NCBI GenBank assembly: GCA_002269645.1
Contig: NIVC01003967.1
Coordinates: 3,331-67,330, forward strand
DNA from: Macrostomum lignano
Lineage: Eukaryota
Direction: 5' to 3'
Length of the DNA stretch: 64,000 bases
The notes below the pieces were generated by a model. That model saw nothing but the letters and a program-made list of their open reading frames with translations. It made no database searches and had not been told where the DNA came from. The translations under genes and the position numbers were made by a program. Positions within the stretch are counted from its first letter, which is position 1; each line of letters begins with the position of its first letter. This document shows, piece by piece, positions 49,021 through 62,911 of this stretch.

Positions 49021-50438
49021 TATTTGGTTGTTGAGAAAGTTCTTGGGGTTTCTAGAAAATTTGATCCCAAAACTTTATGGAACATTCTAAAAGCTCACTA
49101 TGTCGGTATATAGTGAGGGTGGGTATGTGCAATCTTGACAGACTACTTTTCATGATTGCTGCTATCAAAGCCAGACCAACTACATGGATCTTTCTTGACC
49201 TTATATTTGTGGTACATTACTCTATAACTTCAAATTTGGTATCAAAGCAGCAAAATCAAGCCCCTATACTAACAGTGCATTTGGTGCTAGTACTGTGTCC
49301 GAATGCATTGTGCAAGATTGGTTTGCTCACTTTCACCAAGGAGATTTTAGCCTCAAAGACTTGCCCTGATCAGGGCATCCTTCTAAGGTAGATGATGACC
49401 ACCTATGCACACTCATTGAGGCTGACCCCCGACAAACCATGCATGAGTTGGCGCAAGTCCTTGGGGTAAACCATCAAACAATTGCTACTAACTTGCATCA
49501 ACTGGGCAAAGTGCACAAGTTGACTCAATGGGTACCCCATGAATTGTCCAACCAAGACTGCAAATGCAGGGCAGATGCAGCCATTACTCTTCTCTCCTAT
49601 AGGCATATGCACAATTGGCTGAAGTCAATTGTTACTGGCAATGAAAAATGGTGCTTATACGTGAACATCAAGCATTGACAATTATGGGTAGATGCTGACG
49701 CAACCCCTGAGCCACAGTCTAAAGCCAGACTCCATCCCCACCTAGTGACTACTATCTTTTCTTGGCCCTGACCAAAGCCTTGACAAGCAAAAAAATTGCT
49801 GATAAGGAAGCTCTGGATAATTAGCAGGGCTTCCTTATCAGGATTTTGCCTCAAAATCTGAGAAATTCTATGCTGATGGCTAGAGGTTGGACGGGATTGA
49901 AATCTACAGGCAGGATCAGGATCAGGAATAATTTTTTTCTCGGGATCGGGATCGGGATCGGGATTTGGATTTGGGAATCAGGATCAGGTCCTTTAATGTA
50001 TTATAGCTTGTAGGTCCATATAAAGTTAAACAAAATTGAGCTAAAAATGTCAAGATAAAAAAGTAGAATACAACAAAATTGATGCAAAGTTTTGTAACCA
50101 ACAAATTAATAATGTAATGAGTATAAGGTAAAACAAAATACATTCAAGTAATCACTAATTCTATAAATTTTTAATCAAAAGACCTGTTCCCGTTTTTTTA
50201 TGGTTGGGATTCTAGTCTTGGGGGAATCCAATTTTCCTTGGGATCCCAAGATTTCAGGATCGGGATCCTGTCCGACCTCTACTGATGGTATTGCCATTAT
50301 GTCTGCCTGAAAAATGCCAGAATGGCAGGTGATTGATTCAGATAGGAATTACTTTGTCTTAAAGTCTTTCCATATTTAAAAAAACTTAGTTTAGAAGAAG
50401 GTTCTAGAAACTGCAAGAGCTTTCTCAATAACCAAATA
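49021..50438 (+). mobile_element. Decayed, internally deleted mariner transposon
   Basis: 37-bp TIRs with 4 mismatches, TA ends; transposase remnants WVPHEL, IVTGNEKW, LPE.WQ..GNYF with stops and frameshifts. Confidence 0.88.
49881..50281. mobile_element. 401-bp hAT-type MITE nested in the mariner
   Basis: TIR TAGAGGT(T/C)GGAC(G/A)GGAT; 8-bp TSD CTGATGGC/CTGATGGT; internal CGGGAT repeats; mariner sequence resumes after it. Confidence 0.85.
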
Positions 50439-52239
50439 CTATTACTTGAGAATGAATGATTAAATTATTGCAAACTGGGTTAATTGAAATCTTAGGATTC
50501 AGAATCCTAGGATTTGGGTCTAATCTTGGGATTATAAGATCCTAGGATCTAGATCCTGTAGTGACTGGATCCTGTATTTAGATCCTGTATCCTAGATCCT
50601 GTTTCATGCGCTCACCGCATGAAACTCACGTGACTTTTGGGGTTCCGCTCGGCTATAAATATGGAGCATCTGCGAGCCATTTTTCTCCAGACTGCAACGT
50701 CTCATGGAGTAACACGGAGCCAAACTGCATCGTCTCGCGGAGCATCGTGGCTGACTCGTGAAGCCTCCTCTGAGCTCTCCTCTCTCATTTCAGGTTTTAC
50801 AGGTTTTCAGGTTTGAGCAGCATTCTACTAAGACAATCAACTGTTGAGACATTTTTCAGATTTGCCTTTGCTCCGAGCGACTTTGTTATTTTCTTTCAGG
50901 TGACGGATAGACAACTCTGCCAATGCGTCGAGTCCACACACCAAGGTGGCAGCAACCCTACCAAGTCACGGCTAACGTTTTAGGTTCATTTTTAGGCAAC
51001 TTGATAGGTAGTACAATGGTGCTATCTAGCTTCTTCAGGAGCAGCAGGTTCTATTTCTAGGAACATCTTTAAGAACCCGAGAAGGAGAAGTACTTCAATC
51101 CCAAGGTTATATAATATATCCTATTACCAAACCAAGGCAAATTTTAAAATTTATTTTAATAGGCCTTATGCCAACTTTAAATAAAAATGCAAAAGAGATA
51201 GCAAAAGAACCTTAGGCCTAAGGTAGGATAAGAAACTTTGGCCTATAAAGAAGATACAATTAAAAATAAAGAGACAACCAAAAAAGTAGGCCTAGAAAAA
51301 AAGGAAGTTTAAACTAGACAAATAGATGAAAAAAGATGCAATTCAAGCTAGGCCCTATTGTATCCAAGCTAAAATTAATAAAACTAAGTTATATAGAGCC
51401 TGTATAAATTACTAATGAGACATGTCTGATTTGCTGATTATTATTAATAATATAAAGTTCTATATTAATTATATATTATGATTTATGGGCCTAAGTAATT
51501 AGGCCTAAGTTATATTTTCGTTGTATTGACACCATGTTCCATTCATTAAATTTAATTGTACATGTTTAATTAATTAAAGTTAAACACATTTTGTAGATCA
51601 CTTTGGCAGTTGATACAATTTTATAATTGCTAGTGCCTACCTAGGCCTACAAAAATATTACATTTAGCAAGTAGGCTAATCCACTAGTAAAGACTACAGG
51701 CAGAGTTAGAAGGAATCATTTCTGTAGCTTTAGAAAGTCAGAAAAGTGATAATTTAAAGTTTAAACATGCTAGATCCAAAAAAGCATTGCATTGATGATT
51801 CCCTGAATCATCGGTGGTCGTAATCACGCAGAACAAAGTTAAATTACAATCATCAGATTTCTTAGAATACGTTAAGAGCCGTTAGGCGGAATAGTGACAT
51901 CCATGCTTCATGCTTCGTGCTTAAAAGTTGCTAACACGTAGATATCGCTGACTAACAGTGCGCTTCTCACTAATTTTTAACTCCGTTTAATAATTCCGCT
52001 TAAACTATTTTGGATATGCTCAAAAACCTTGTATTAGTTATGACTGTTTACTACATATTTAAAATTGGCAACATATTAAATGCGTGCAAGTAAATAAGGA
52101 TTTATTAGCAAGTATACTTTTACACTACACCGACTCTAAACTCAGCAAATAAATCAAATAACTGAAAAATAAATTCAAAGCGTGGACGCTGGAACATGCA
52201 GGGCGTACATGACATAACCCATCTGTCATAGACAGAAAT

Positions 52240-52500
52240 ATATGCATGCGCATGCGCAGCGTCCAGCTGCTTCTCCAAGGTCTCGGCGTTGTACAAGACA
52301 GTGTCAGCGACTGCCTGAAACAGCCAAGCCTTGAGCCCGTCATCCAGGGTCTCAGAATGTAGCACGGAGCGCACAGAACGAAACACGACCCAGGCCACCA
52401 GATCGTCGGCAACGTCCGGCACGAGGCCGCTGAGGTGCAGGAACCGCTGGCAACGGGTAAGCATGATTGCCGATCCCCGGCAGCGTCTCGGTAGTTGATC
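52240..52500 (-). mobile_element. Degenerate fragment of an RTE-like non-LTR retrotransposon ORF (region downstream of RT)
   Basis: FLHLSG...AWVVF...LKAWLFQAVADTVLYNAET..LD resembles F.YLGS...AW..F...K.RLF.A.V.SVLLYG.E. Confidence 0.5.
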
Positions 52501-54147
52501 TCGGCAGGCAGGTAAGAACAAATGTACGACATTTGTTCAAACAAATGAAATGAACACGAACAAACAAATGAACAAGAACAAATGAAACTCGTATAATGTT
52601 CTGATGGGTTTCGACCTTTCAGGCCCCTTGTGAGGAAGCCTTCGGGCCTCAGGTCTCAGAAATAAATCAATTAGAGTCCTGGCCCCCCACTCCTGTCAGA
52701 TGGTCAGCCCCATGGTAGCTTGATCGTGTGGCGAGCAGTCTAGGTCCTATAGCTAAGAGAGGGACAGCGAGAGACAAGCAGGGAGAATTTTGAAGGTAGA
52801 AATTAGCTAACCCGCAGACTAAGCTAACTCGCTGCCACCAGCCCGTGCGTCCTGGCTCACCACACCGGGACTCTCGAAATCGGGCTTCCGACTAGAAGGG
52901 GCTTTGCACTTACCTGCCAACTAGTGTCTTTTTGCTGTCAATCTCGAAGTCATAGCCGATGATAAGGGACACTGCTGGGACTAGATCGCATTGGCCATGC
53001 AGGTACAGAGGGGACTTGTGCAGGGGATTCTTGCAGTTGGCGAGACTATGAGGTAGCTACATGTACTATTACATTGCTAAATACGAAGATATGTACTTTT
53101 GGCCTTCAACGCGCCAACTAGCCTCTCATAGCGCTGATGATAAACTAACTCGAACTTCAGAGACCGCATGATTCATTACCCGAGCCGCTTGGCTAACCTA
53201 GAGTGCACAAAGTACATCTCTGGCGCCGATTCTGCACTTCTGGCGGTTTTGCTCACTGATTTGATAGATTGATCGACTGAGAACCGCCTTGCCATTGGTC
53301 CACTGTGACCGGCGCCTACTAGCTTAGCTACTCATCTGAGCCATCGGCGAACAAAGAACTAAAACCGATAAAAACAACTGTTAGATTTAACCTTCTCCTT
53401 AGATCACTTCACACTTCAGATCGAATTGGAGTTTCAGACTACTAGCCGTATTATTAAGTGATTTCTGCCTCAGCAACAGCACTACTGAACAAAATGAGCA
53501 AAAGTGTGCGCCTAATTCAGCTACTGAAACAGGGGACAGATAGGGGATCACCCAATCAAGCAAGTCTAGGTAGCCTCTCACCCAACCAATCAGAAACTCA
53601 ACAGCCGGAGACCAGGTAATCCACAGTGACCGAATCGGCTTGATGCTTCGCAGCTGTAGACTCGGGATGATGCTGACACAATCTTCGCTGATAGCTAGCA
53701 GGTGATGATCTTCGCTTGATGTTCGCTGCTGACGACCGGGGGTTTCGTCCTTGATGATGATGGGGGGGGGGAAGTCGCAATCCGAGGATCAAGAAACGAC
53801 GGTCGCGCTACGGGAACCAGAAGTTGCGTGCTGGGCCCGAGCAAGTTGGAGTCCGAGCGGGCCAAAAACTCCAGTTTAAATAGCCGCCAACTGGACCGCA
53901 GTTTGTTATAATGGAACACGTCGATTCTGATTGGCTGAGCCGTTTTGTTAAAATGAGCGCCGAATTTTCTGATTGGCTAAGCTTGTTGCTACCCAGAATC
54001 ACGTGACCGAGAGATCCTGTCAGTTCCCACAGGGTCGTAAAAAGATGACAGGTGCGGCCATAAATCACTCAAAATCGCAACAAAATGATTTATGACTTTT
54101 CGCGTAGGATTGACAGAAATTAATGAAAAAATATACATTGATAATGA

Positions 54148-55470
54148 TACGAGGGGTGATCAAAAAGTTCTGCAAGTGACCTCACAACTCTGTGCTACAG
54201 CAGCCGAGGCGTCTAATCAGTGTCACATTCCCTAAAAGTACTTTCCACCACTATCTATGCACCGTCGCATCCGTGTGCACCATGTCTGAAAGCAGTCCTG
54301 GTACTCCGAAGTTGGTATGCCCTGTAGAGCTGAATGTACCGCTTGGGCAAGGTCTTGCATGCGTGAAAACGGCCTCCCAGAAATGACGGATTTGATCCTC
54401 GGGAACAGCCAAAAGTCGCAAGGTGCTAGGTCTAGAGAGTAGGGTGGATGGGGCAGCAGCCGGACCCCCTGCTGCTCCAGGTACGCCATGGTTGATGCCG
54501 CTCTGTGCGGTGCCGCATTGTCATGGTGCAGCAGGAGTCGAGGTCCATGCCTGGTTCGCGCACGTTCCTGCCGCTCCTGCAGCACGCCTGGCAGAACAGT
54601 GTCTGTGTAGTACCTGGCAGTCACTGTGGCACCCGCTGGAAGGATGTTCACCGATACAACACCCTGAGAGTTGAAAAAAATGGTGAACATCCGCTTCCGA
54701 CTGCGGAATCCGGTCTTCAGCACCTCAGGCCTTGGCTCATCTTCTGCCAGCCAGACCATGTTGGACTGCTTATCCTTCATGGTAAAAGAAGGAGATCCAA
54801 CATTCGTCTCCTGTGATGACATCCGACAGTCGTCGTGGGCCGTGGGGCTCAAAAATTTGCAGCCACAAGCGACAGATGCGCACCCTCTCTGCTTGCTGCT
54901 CCGGAGTGAGAAGATGGGGTACCCACCGAGCGCAGGTCTTTGTGCGGCCTAGTTGCTCATGCATGATGTTATGAGCACTTCCACAGCTGACACCAAGCTC
55001 ATAGGCAATGAATCTTAGCATAATGCTTCAATCCTCACGAATTATTGCATCGGCATGGGCCACGACATCTTCGGTCACGGATGTCCGGGGTCAGCCAGAC
55101 CTCGGTTCATCGTTGAAGCTGTCCCAGCCTTCCAAGAAATGGCGCAGCCAGCGGGCAACCATGTCAAATGATGGAGCAGAGTCAGCTAAAACATTCACCA
55201 GATCGGTGTGAATCTCAGTCACTTTGCAACCAAGTTGCATGCACATAAAGATATAGAAGCGAACACTGTCTTTTGTTGTTTCCATCAGCTACTGAAAACA
55301 CATGGAAAATATATGGCTGTGAAATTTTACTGGAGCACATTTGGAAGCCAAAAATGCATATAAATATAGCAAACAGATACAGCTGCATATGTGTAAGTTT
55401 TTGTCTTTTCCCGATTCTATAACTAAAAGCTATAACAAAAGGTTGCAGAACTTTTTGATCACCCCTCGTA
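54148..55470 (-). mobile_element. Full-length mariner (DD34D) with inactivated transposase
   Basis: Perfect 28-bp TIR including TA (TACGAGGGGTGATCAAAAAGTTCTGCAA); WVPHLL, VITGDE, HHDNA, YSLDLAPCDFWLF; two in-frame TGA stops and one frameshift at ~54790. Confidence 0.95.
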
Positions 55471-57466
55471 ATGAAGAGAAATTGCTAATCGCTAATCCCG
55501 AAGTACTTTTAGGGGTAAAACGCATAGCTGTCAAAGCTGTCACACGCTTGAGTGAACACGAACAATAGGCTCTGACCTCATAAATCTTGATGGCCTGTCA
55601 AAATGATGAGAAAAAAGCTACCGCCCGCATCCTCTCAGACCATCTGGCGCCCGTCTCAACACTGAGTGAGGCGCAGGTGGCTGTCAGACCAGCTTCGAAA
55701 GCGATGATTTATGACCCAAAAAGCTGCGCCTATGTTATTATGACTACTAGTATGACCCGACATTATATCTAGTATAGATTCTATGACTATTCGCAGAAAA
55801 GGGATAAAAATGCCCATTGCCCACTGTTACGAGTAGTAGGCTAGTAAGTTTAGAGCCCATGTGCTAGCGCGGGGTTTGGAAAAAAGTGCGTCCTCATCAG
55901 TTCAATATATGCGGATGACTTACAATGTACTATACATGTATGTACTAATAATTGTATACTGAGGCCTGATCTACGATATATCAGTTTCCAAAAAAATTCT
56001 TCGATACACGTGCAGAGAAGTATCGATCGTCAACGAAAGCTTTTCAGGATCAAATTAGGTGACACTCATATCCGTGAAAAAATTGGCAGTTCTGTCAGAT
56101 ATGGAAATAGGAAATTGAGTTCGTTGCTGCTGTTCGATTCGGGACGATTCCCCTATACAAAGGCTTAAATTGTTCTAGCATGCCTGAAAGACGTAGAGGA
56201 AAAGACGTGTGGAACGGAACAATTGAGCGCTACAAATAAGTTCCATATCCAAGAACTTGCAGCAGCTGGTAAACTTGTCGTCTTGATGATCGATCCTCCT
56301 CAGTGGGCAAATAGTGTGTGTAGGATGATGTGTACTTACTGTATTTGACTGTTAGCTAAATACGCTATGTATGCACTCGTTGCTGCTGGCGTTAGTAGCT
56401 ATTCTTTCTATATGTCACGAAAAATTGGATTTTAGTTTGCTTTCATTTTGGAAACGGAGAATGATCGTTAACAGTAGAAGCTTAATCGCCTTGACCCTGA
56501 CTAGATTTTGCTGCGCTTGAACGGAGCAACACAGGCACAAGAAGTTAAGCAAGAATGTGACAAACATCAAGTCGAAAGCCCCCCAGACCGTCGGGTTGTT
56601 CAGCGATTCTGCCAGATTTTTTCTGTACATGTGAGTGGTTAGTGCGTTCAGTACACCCCACTTGTATAATCTGCAGCATTTCACATGAGTCTCGATCTAT
56701 CCTTCACTTAGGCAGAGTCTTTGGACCTTCAAAGGTGGCACCAGATGACTTTATGAACACCCTGTTATTGCGACTGTTGGAATTTTCTGATTTAAGCTAA
56801 ACTGCTGGACATCTTCAACAGTTTAACTCAAGCAATAGGTGATCATCCTGGCGCCGTCGGAACCTTGTGCAGGTGGCACTAGGTGACTACATGTATGGAC
56901 TCTAGAACTGTGTATAACAAAGATCGAAAAAATGATTAAGATTGCGAAAAAAGGAATTTGCAATGAAAAAATGAACAACTTTTATGGTCAGACGCCATAT
57001 AGAAACCAGTCTTAGCTATATCAACTCAAATTGGTAATTTTGTATTTGCCAAATCATCGATTTTAAAACTGGGTGCTAAAGGTAAAACAAGTTGAAATTC
57101 AGCTGGCTTCTTCACGTCTTTGCGATGCGAACATGAAGAAAGATAACTATAGATCGAAGTTGAAATTATTAAAGTTTGATTATCAGAAACTGAAACAGAA
57201 TTTAGGAATAGAAACAAAATAGATTGGTAAATTAATCAAAAAGGGTTTTTTACATGCATATGTAATTTCTAAGCAATATTTTAAACTTATTGTGATAAAA
57301 TGAACAACGTAAAATAATTTAAGCTACTTTGAAAACGCTACAGAAGTTTTTAATCCGGAGCTAAAAAAGCAATCATAGCTCGTACTTACAATTTTTGTTC
57401 AACTTGACAACATTTGGAAGATCGAAACACGGCAGCAGTCGCTCAAACCTAATCGAATTCATTCTT

Positions 57467-58846
57467 CTAGTCGCCTCTGGTCAAAATCCATATTGACACA
57501 GCCAGATTCAAGACAAAGTAAATGATGAGAAAAACTCTGTCCAAAATGATTCCTAGAAAACGCCATTTATTCTCGTCCTGTCCGAAATGACTCTCTGGGT
57601 TTGTCGTCGACAGCGGCACCTCAGAATCCTCGTGACGCGTCACCGGATTCTGTCCGGCCTGGCGTGGCTTCATCGCGAACGAGATGACTTTGACAGCGGC
57701 CTCATTGTGATGCGTCAGCGGCAATCCGACGTACTTGCCGCTTTCCAGTATCTTAATGAAGCAGGCTGGCATGCAGAAGTCCTTACCCTTCAGCGATATG
57801 TTGTAGCTGATTATAGTCTTGATGTTGGCGAGGCTCACTAGTGCTATGGCTATGCAGAAGTAGATTCCTAGCACCGGTACAGCGTCGCCTGATCGGGGAA
57901 TGTTGTCCGACACCATCAATAGGAAAACCATCAACGACAGTAGAATAGTGGTGACGTAAGCTATCTTCTCGCCGCACTCGGTTGGCATGATAAAGACGAA
58001 TAGCGTCAGCCAAGTGAGCAGCATGCACGGGAACAGCATATAGACCTGCTGGAACATGTACTTTCGCTTGAGCCGCAGTTGGAAAGCAACCTCGCTATAT
58101 TGTCTCGAACGACCAGAAGCTTCATCGAGACCGACTTTTCTGTCCGCTACGCGATCGAAGGACGGGAAACCCTCCACCATCCACTCACCGTTGCTGGCAC
58201 TGACAAAAGCATGATCTTCTTTTTTGCCGGGCGCTTCTTCTTTCTTGACAAGCAAGAAATTGCTGGTATCCTTCGTCCAAGAACTGAACGTGATGTTGCA
58301 GCGCTGTCTATCGTACGGAAACTGTGCTATGTTGATCCGACAGAAAGACTTGAACACAGCCTGAGCTCCTAGCTGAATGGAGCCATCGCTAAAGATTCTG
58401 GCCTTGGACTCGCCGTAGATGAACATGCCCTCTTCGAAGTTTCCGTGCAGAGACTCGTAGAATATAAGATCGGGGTACCAGATCTCCTCCGCCTTGATGA
58501 CAAAGTTATCAATATTGTTAAAGCGCTTCGGATCCCATGTCAGCCGACAGTCTTTCCATGTCGATTCAACCCAGACGTCAACCGTGAGCATCTGGGTTGG
58601 TTCGTCAAGATCGAACAGCTGAATAAGCAGCATATCCTGTTGAATCTTCAGCTTCTTTCCCAGCTCGCAGATTGGCATAGCGTTCGCCTTGTACGGCGTT
58701 GTCTCGTTTTCAAATAAATAAGCCAGTAGGCCATCGTAGATGGTGTTCTTCGGCCCCAGCTGGCCCGAGGACGATGCGACAACGCTAGGAAAAACTGAAA
58801 TACACGATGGTAGGACCAGCAGAAGTATTAGACGCACCAGATGCAT
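57467..58846 (-). CDS. Intronless Cys-loop ligand-gated ion channel, nicotinic-receptor-like non-alpha subunit, 459 aa
   Basis: Signal peptide; WKDCRLTWDP, WYPDL, Cys-loop CRINIAQFPYDRQRC; four TMs with ECGEKI before M2; no vicinal CC in loop C. Confidence 0.93.
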   Translation of the reverse strand: MHLVRLILLLVLPSCISVFPSVVASSSGQLGPKNTIYDGLLAYLFENETTPYKANAMPICELGKKLKIQQDMLLIQLFDLDEPTQMLTVDVWVESTWKDCRLTWDPKRFNNIDNFVIKAEEIWYPDLIFYESLHGNFEEGMFIYGESKARIFSDGSIQLGAQAVFKSFCRINIAQFPYDRQRCNITFSSWTKDTSNFLLVKKEEAPGKKEDHAFVSASNGEWMVEGFPSFDRVADRKVGLDEASGRSRQYSEVAFQLRLKRKYMFQQVYMLFPCMLLTWLTLFVFIMPTECGEKIAYVTTILLSLMVFLLMVSDNIPRSGDAVPVLGIYFCIAIALVSLANIKTIISYNISLKGKDFCMPACFIKILESGKYVGLPLTHHNEAAVKVISFAMKPRQAGQNPVTRHEDSEVPLSTTNPESHFGQDENKWRFLGIILDRVFLIIYFVLNLAVSIWILTRGD

Positions 58847-59746
58847 TATGACCTCGATAAATCGATGATGTCAGCAGGGGGCCAGTAATATAGAAGTATC
58901 CAGTCAATTTTACTCAACAAGCTTCTTTTTTCTTGCACTAAGTGGCTCTAAAGCTGGGCATTTTTGCTGTTATAAAGAAAAGCAGAAAGCCTCGAGGGTC
59001 GTTTCGAGCTTACAGACCGAAATCTCATTGTCTGCCAGTCGCAATTGGGTGTGTGCGAGTGTGCGGGTACGATTTGCCTTTCTGCCTTGCTCTTTATTGT
59101 GCTGCAAAAGCCCTAAACCCAACAAGAACTCCAGTACAGTGCAGCAAGCAGCCCAGCATTCTTCATGCCAGCTTTCTTATTCTCTAAAGCTCGGGCCGCA
59201 ACTTGTGTGTGTCAAGCGGTGGAGAAGACTGTAGAGAAGCATTGGGACAACTCATAAACACGGCTCAGATGTAACAGACACTATAGATACACTAACCTCT
59301 TTACTGTATAACCGATATGCAAAACCGCCTACGATAGTAGAGGTACAGCTGTCATTCCGCGAAGCCTAATCTCGTACCTCGTAGGATGCAAAGTTCCTTC
59401 ACTAAGTTTTCTTACCACTTTTTTAATTTTTTGATGCAATATTAAAAATGCACAGCAACGACGCTTATGAGAGAACCGGCAACAAGTCCCTCTGGCTAAT
59501 TGACCGGGAAATTTCAGTTAGGGAACGATTAAGACGTGAAATTTATAAAATATCATCAACTATAGCAGGCAGCAATTGTGGGCGTTATGAAAGTTCATAA
59601 AGTAGATAGATAGCGAAAGAGTAAGTCACGAGCAGTGTGACGATGAATTGAACACAGGCCAAGGCAAACAAATTTCCCAATCAAAATACAATATTTCATA
59701 CCAGTTTAATTGTAAGTAGCTACCTCTGCAATATTAATCATATATG

Positions 59747-60156
<410 letters not shown>

Positions 60157-60367
60157 CAGTTCCTATGGCATCACCGTCAATTGGCTGTGGCATTATCTAT
60201 CCAATAAGACGCTGCTCTGTATGGAGCATATACCGTTTTGTAAGGATTAAATATCTGCAGAAGAGAAACCAGGAGTGTCTCCTAGGGACAGGAAGAGTAG
60301 ATATCCTGACCAGGAATACGGCGTATTTGCTAAAAGCCAGCCGCAAAGCTCCTCTACTCTGTTAACG

Positions 60368-61689
60368 ATGCGATTTCTAATATCCATAGCCATAATTCTA
60401 TGCAGCCAAATGTCGGAGAGAAGCGTCCACCTGGCCGCCCCGTCGCGACAGTCGGTTCACATCCTGCTCGTAGGCAGCACAGCCGAACTGTTTTACAACG
60501 ATGTCTTCTTCTTGAACTATTCGATCGACTACGTGAACAGTCGCGAGGATTTGTTTCCGACGATGCAGCTGGTGCCGGAGTTTCGATTCGCTGCAGGGGT
60601 CAGTGCTGCTATTGCTGCTGAATGCTCACTTGAAATTAATTTGTTGCTTTTACATGTACTCTTGGCAATTAGTTTTTCGCCTCTTTGACTTCCGGAGGTC
60701 GATGCCATTTGCTCAGAACTTGCTTGTTGGGACCTCTCGTTGTGTCCCAACAAGGAAAGTAAAGATTCGTCTCTCTCTTTCTGATCGTTTGATCTGGTAG
60801 GCCTGTTTCTTTTTCTCTTTGTTTCTGCAGCTACTTTTTGCTGCTGCCAAATCAATACGGTACACTTGTATAAGAATAAGCAATGGAGCAAAAACACAAG
60901 TACGAGCGTATGTATGCTACCGGTTTCAATGTCTCTCAACGCATGCAGTCAGATTTGTCCAATTAATATTAACGAAATTTCAATTTGACAATTCACGAAT
61001 GCTGAATGCTTTTTAAATTATTGCAGTTATCCAAACATCCACACTATGCATCCACATAGGCTGTAAAAGCAAGTTTTGCACCCCCCCCCTGCTCACTGGC
61101 ACTGCTTATCCCCGAGACAACAATCGCCAGGCAACACAGAAGCGCATTCTAATAAAACAAATATTAGCTTTGTTTCGATTTTCTTCCGCAGCAAAAATCT
61201 GGGAGCGCTTCCAAAGCATTCATTGACGGCTACCTGAGGGCTTTAACAAGGCGATATTGCTGGGAGCGACCTACTCTCATCAGTCCCAGGTTGTTGCTGA
61301 CCTGGCTCAGTATTATTACCTGCCTCAGGTGAGCTTAAATAAAAATGCAATAAAGTAATGCAATGTAGGACTTCCGTGAGAGTGTAATTAACCAACTGGA
61401 AGGGGTTATGATTCCTAAGTGCCATGCTAAATACGAGTCATAGAAGTCACTCTCGAGCAAGTGGCTTTCTAAATAAATGACGAATCACCCAGCCAACCAC
61501 TACTGATTGCTCTCATCCAGATCGGGTACTCGAACACATCGCCAGCTCTAAGCGACAAGGCAACTTATCCGTTCTTCATCAGAATGGCCATCACCAATAG
61601 CATATATATTGCGCCAGCTGTTAACCTACTAAAACTGTTCCGCTGGAAAAAGATTGGAATTATCACTACAGATTCGCCAATTTTTATCC
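60368..61689 (+). CDS. Partial gene: Venus-flytrap (ANF-receptor) domain of a GABA-B-like class C GPCR or related receptor; exons ~60368-60598 and 61521-61689
   Basis: Signal peptide and SIDYVNSREDLFP; second exon IGYSNTSPALSDKATYPFFIRM...LFRWKKIGII flanked by CATCCAG and GTATGT; intervening and downstream exons not resolved. Confidence 0.6.
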
Positions 61690-62911
61690 GTATGTTTATC
61701 TTGGATTAGTTAAAACAAACTTTGCAGTTTAAATATGCTATACGGAAGTTTTGTGCATTTATATGTGTTAACTACAGTGTCACGCTATGAAATAAGTATC
61801 AAGTTTCTACAGTCTATTCGGGCTCATACGCATTACAACTTAAATAATCTAAGCAAGTTGTAAAAAGGGACAAAGTGAATTCAATTTATCCATGGTCGTG
61901 AAGTCAGCCAATGCAGCATTTACATGTAACTTGGTTTAAATCTGCGCCTGTAAAATTCGGTCACATGCAGCTCCGTGATGCCTATGTTAACTAACAATAT
62001 CATGCAACGTCAGAAAATTTGATCAAGTATTTCTAAAAAAACAAAATAAAAACGCCTAAATTGCTTTTAGGCAAGCATGGTCCTTTCAACTAATCTATTT
62101 TGCGTTCAATACAGCGGAACAAAACGGAATCCGTCAAGTAATAATCGTTGCTTTTATCGGAGAGAAGATGGTAATGAGATGATAGGATAGCAATTTTGTA
62201 TGATCAAGCGAGCATGTTTTAAAATATTTAGGGCTGCTCAATGGGCTTTTCTATAGCTGTTGACAGCCGATAGCTAAGCAGGGAATTACGTGCTGAAGTA
62301 GACTCATACGATATCGGAATTGAAAGGGAGAAATTTTTTATTGTAGCCTTCGTTTCCCAATTCTTCATCCGGGCTCAATATAGTATAATTATAGAAGCTT
62401 TTGCTCGTACATCTCATGCCAATGCAATTGTGTTTAACAATTACCCATACAATAGAATATTCAGAGCTTTATTCTCTTAAGTCTTTACTTAAATAGGCTT
62501 TCCACTCGGGCGAATGAAGACAAAAAACAGAATCTTCTGGATCGGTTTTCGCCCGGGACGGTTATTGCTGCCTCATCTGTCTCTTCTGCAACTTCTGCCT
62601 ATAGCGTCTGTGCCCAGCAGTGATCGAGTCAAATCTGATTTTCTAAAGCTAGAAAGAATTTACTGATGCTTAACCTACATATATGACGGTTCACACTAAA
62701 TTCCTAGGCTCCTTCTTTTCTAGTGGAACGATAGTCTATGGCCAAACCTCACTAAAAAACGAAGCCTAAGAACTCAAAACGAGGCCTGTTAACCGGTTAA
62801 CAGGCCTAATAACAAGGCCTGAGAACATTTTAGTACGACTATAATTTGTCAGTTAGTCCATTAGAAGTATAAACTATCAACAGCAGTAAAGACCGATTCA
62901 TTCTTGCCGAT

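Noticed and set aside
50460-50600. Clustered GATCCT motifs
   Set aside because: Degenerate low-complexity patch with no definable unit or ends
53400-54070. CCAAT-rich GC segment as an LTR or retroelement promoter
   Set aside because: No second LTR, PBS, TSD or linked ORF found
55900-56900. Short minus-strand ORFs as exons of another membrane-protein gene
   Set aside because: Could not assemble consistent splice phases or recognise a family
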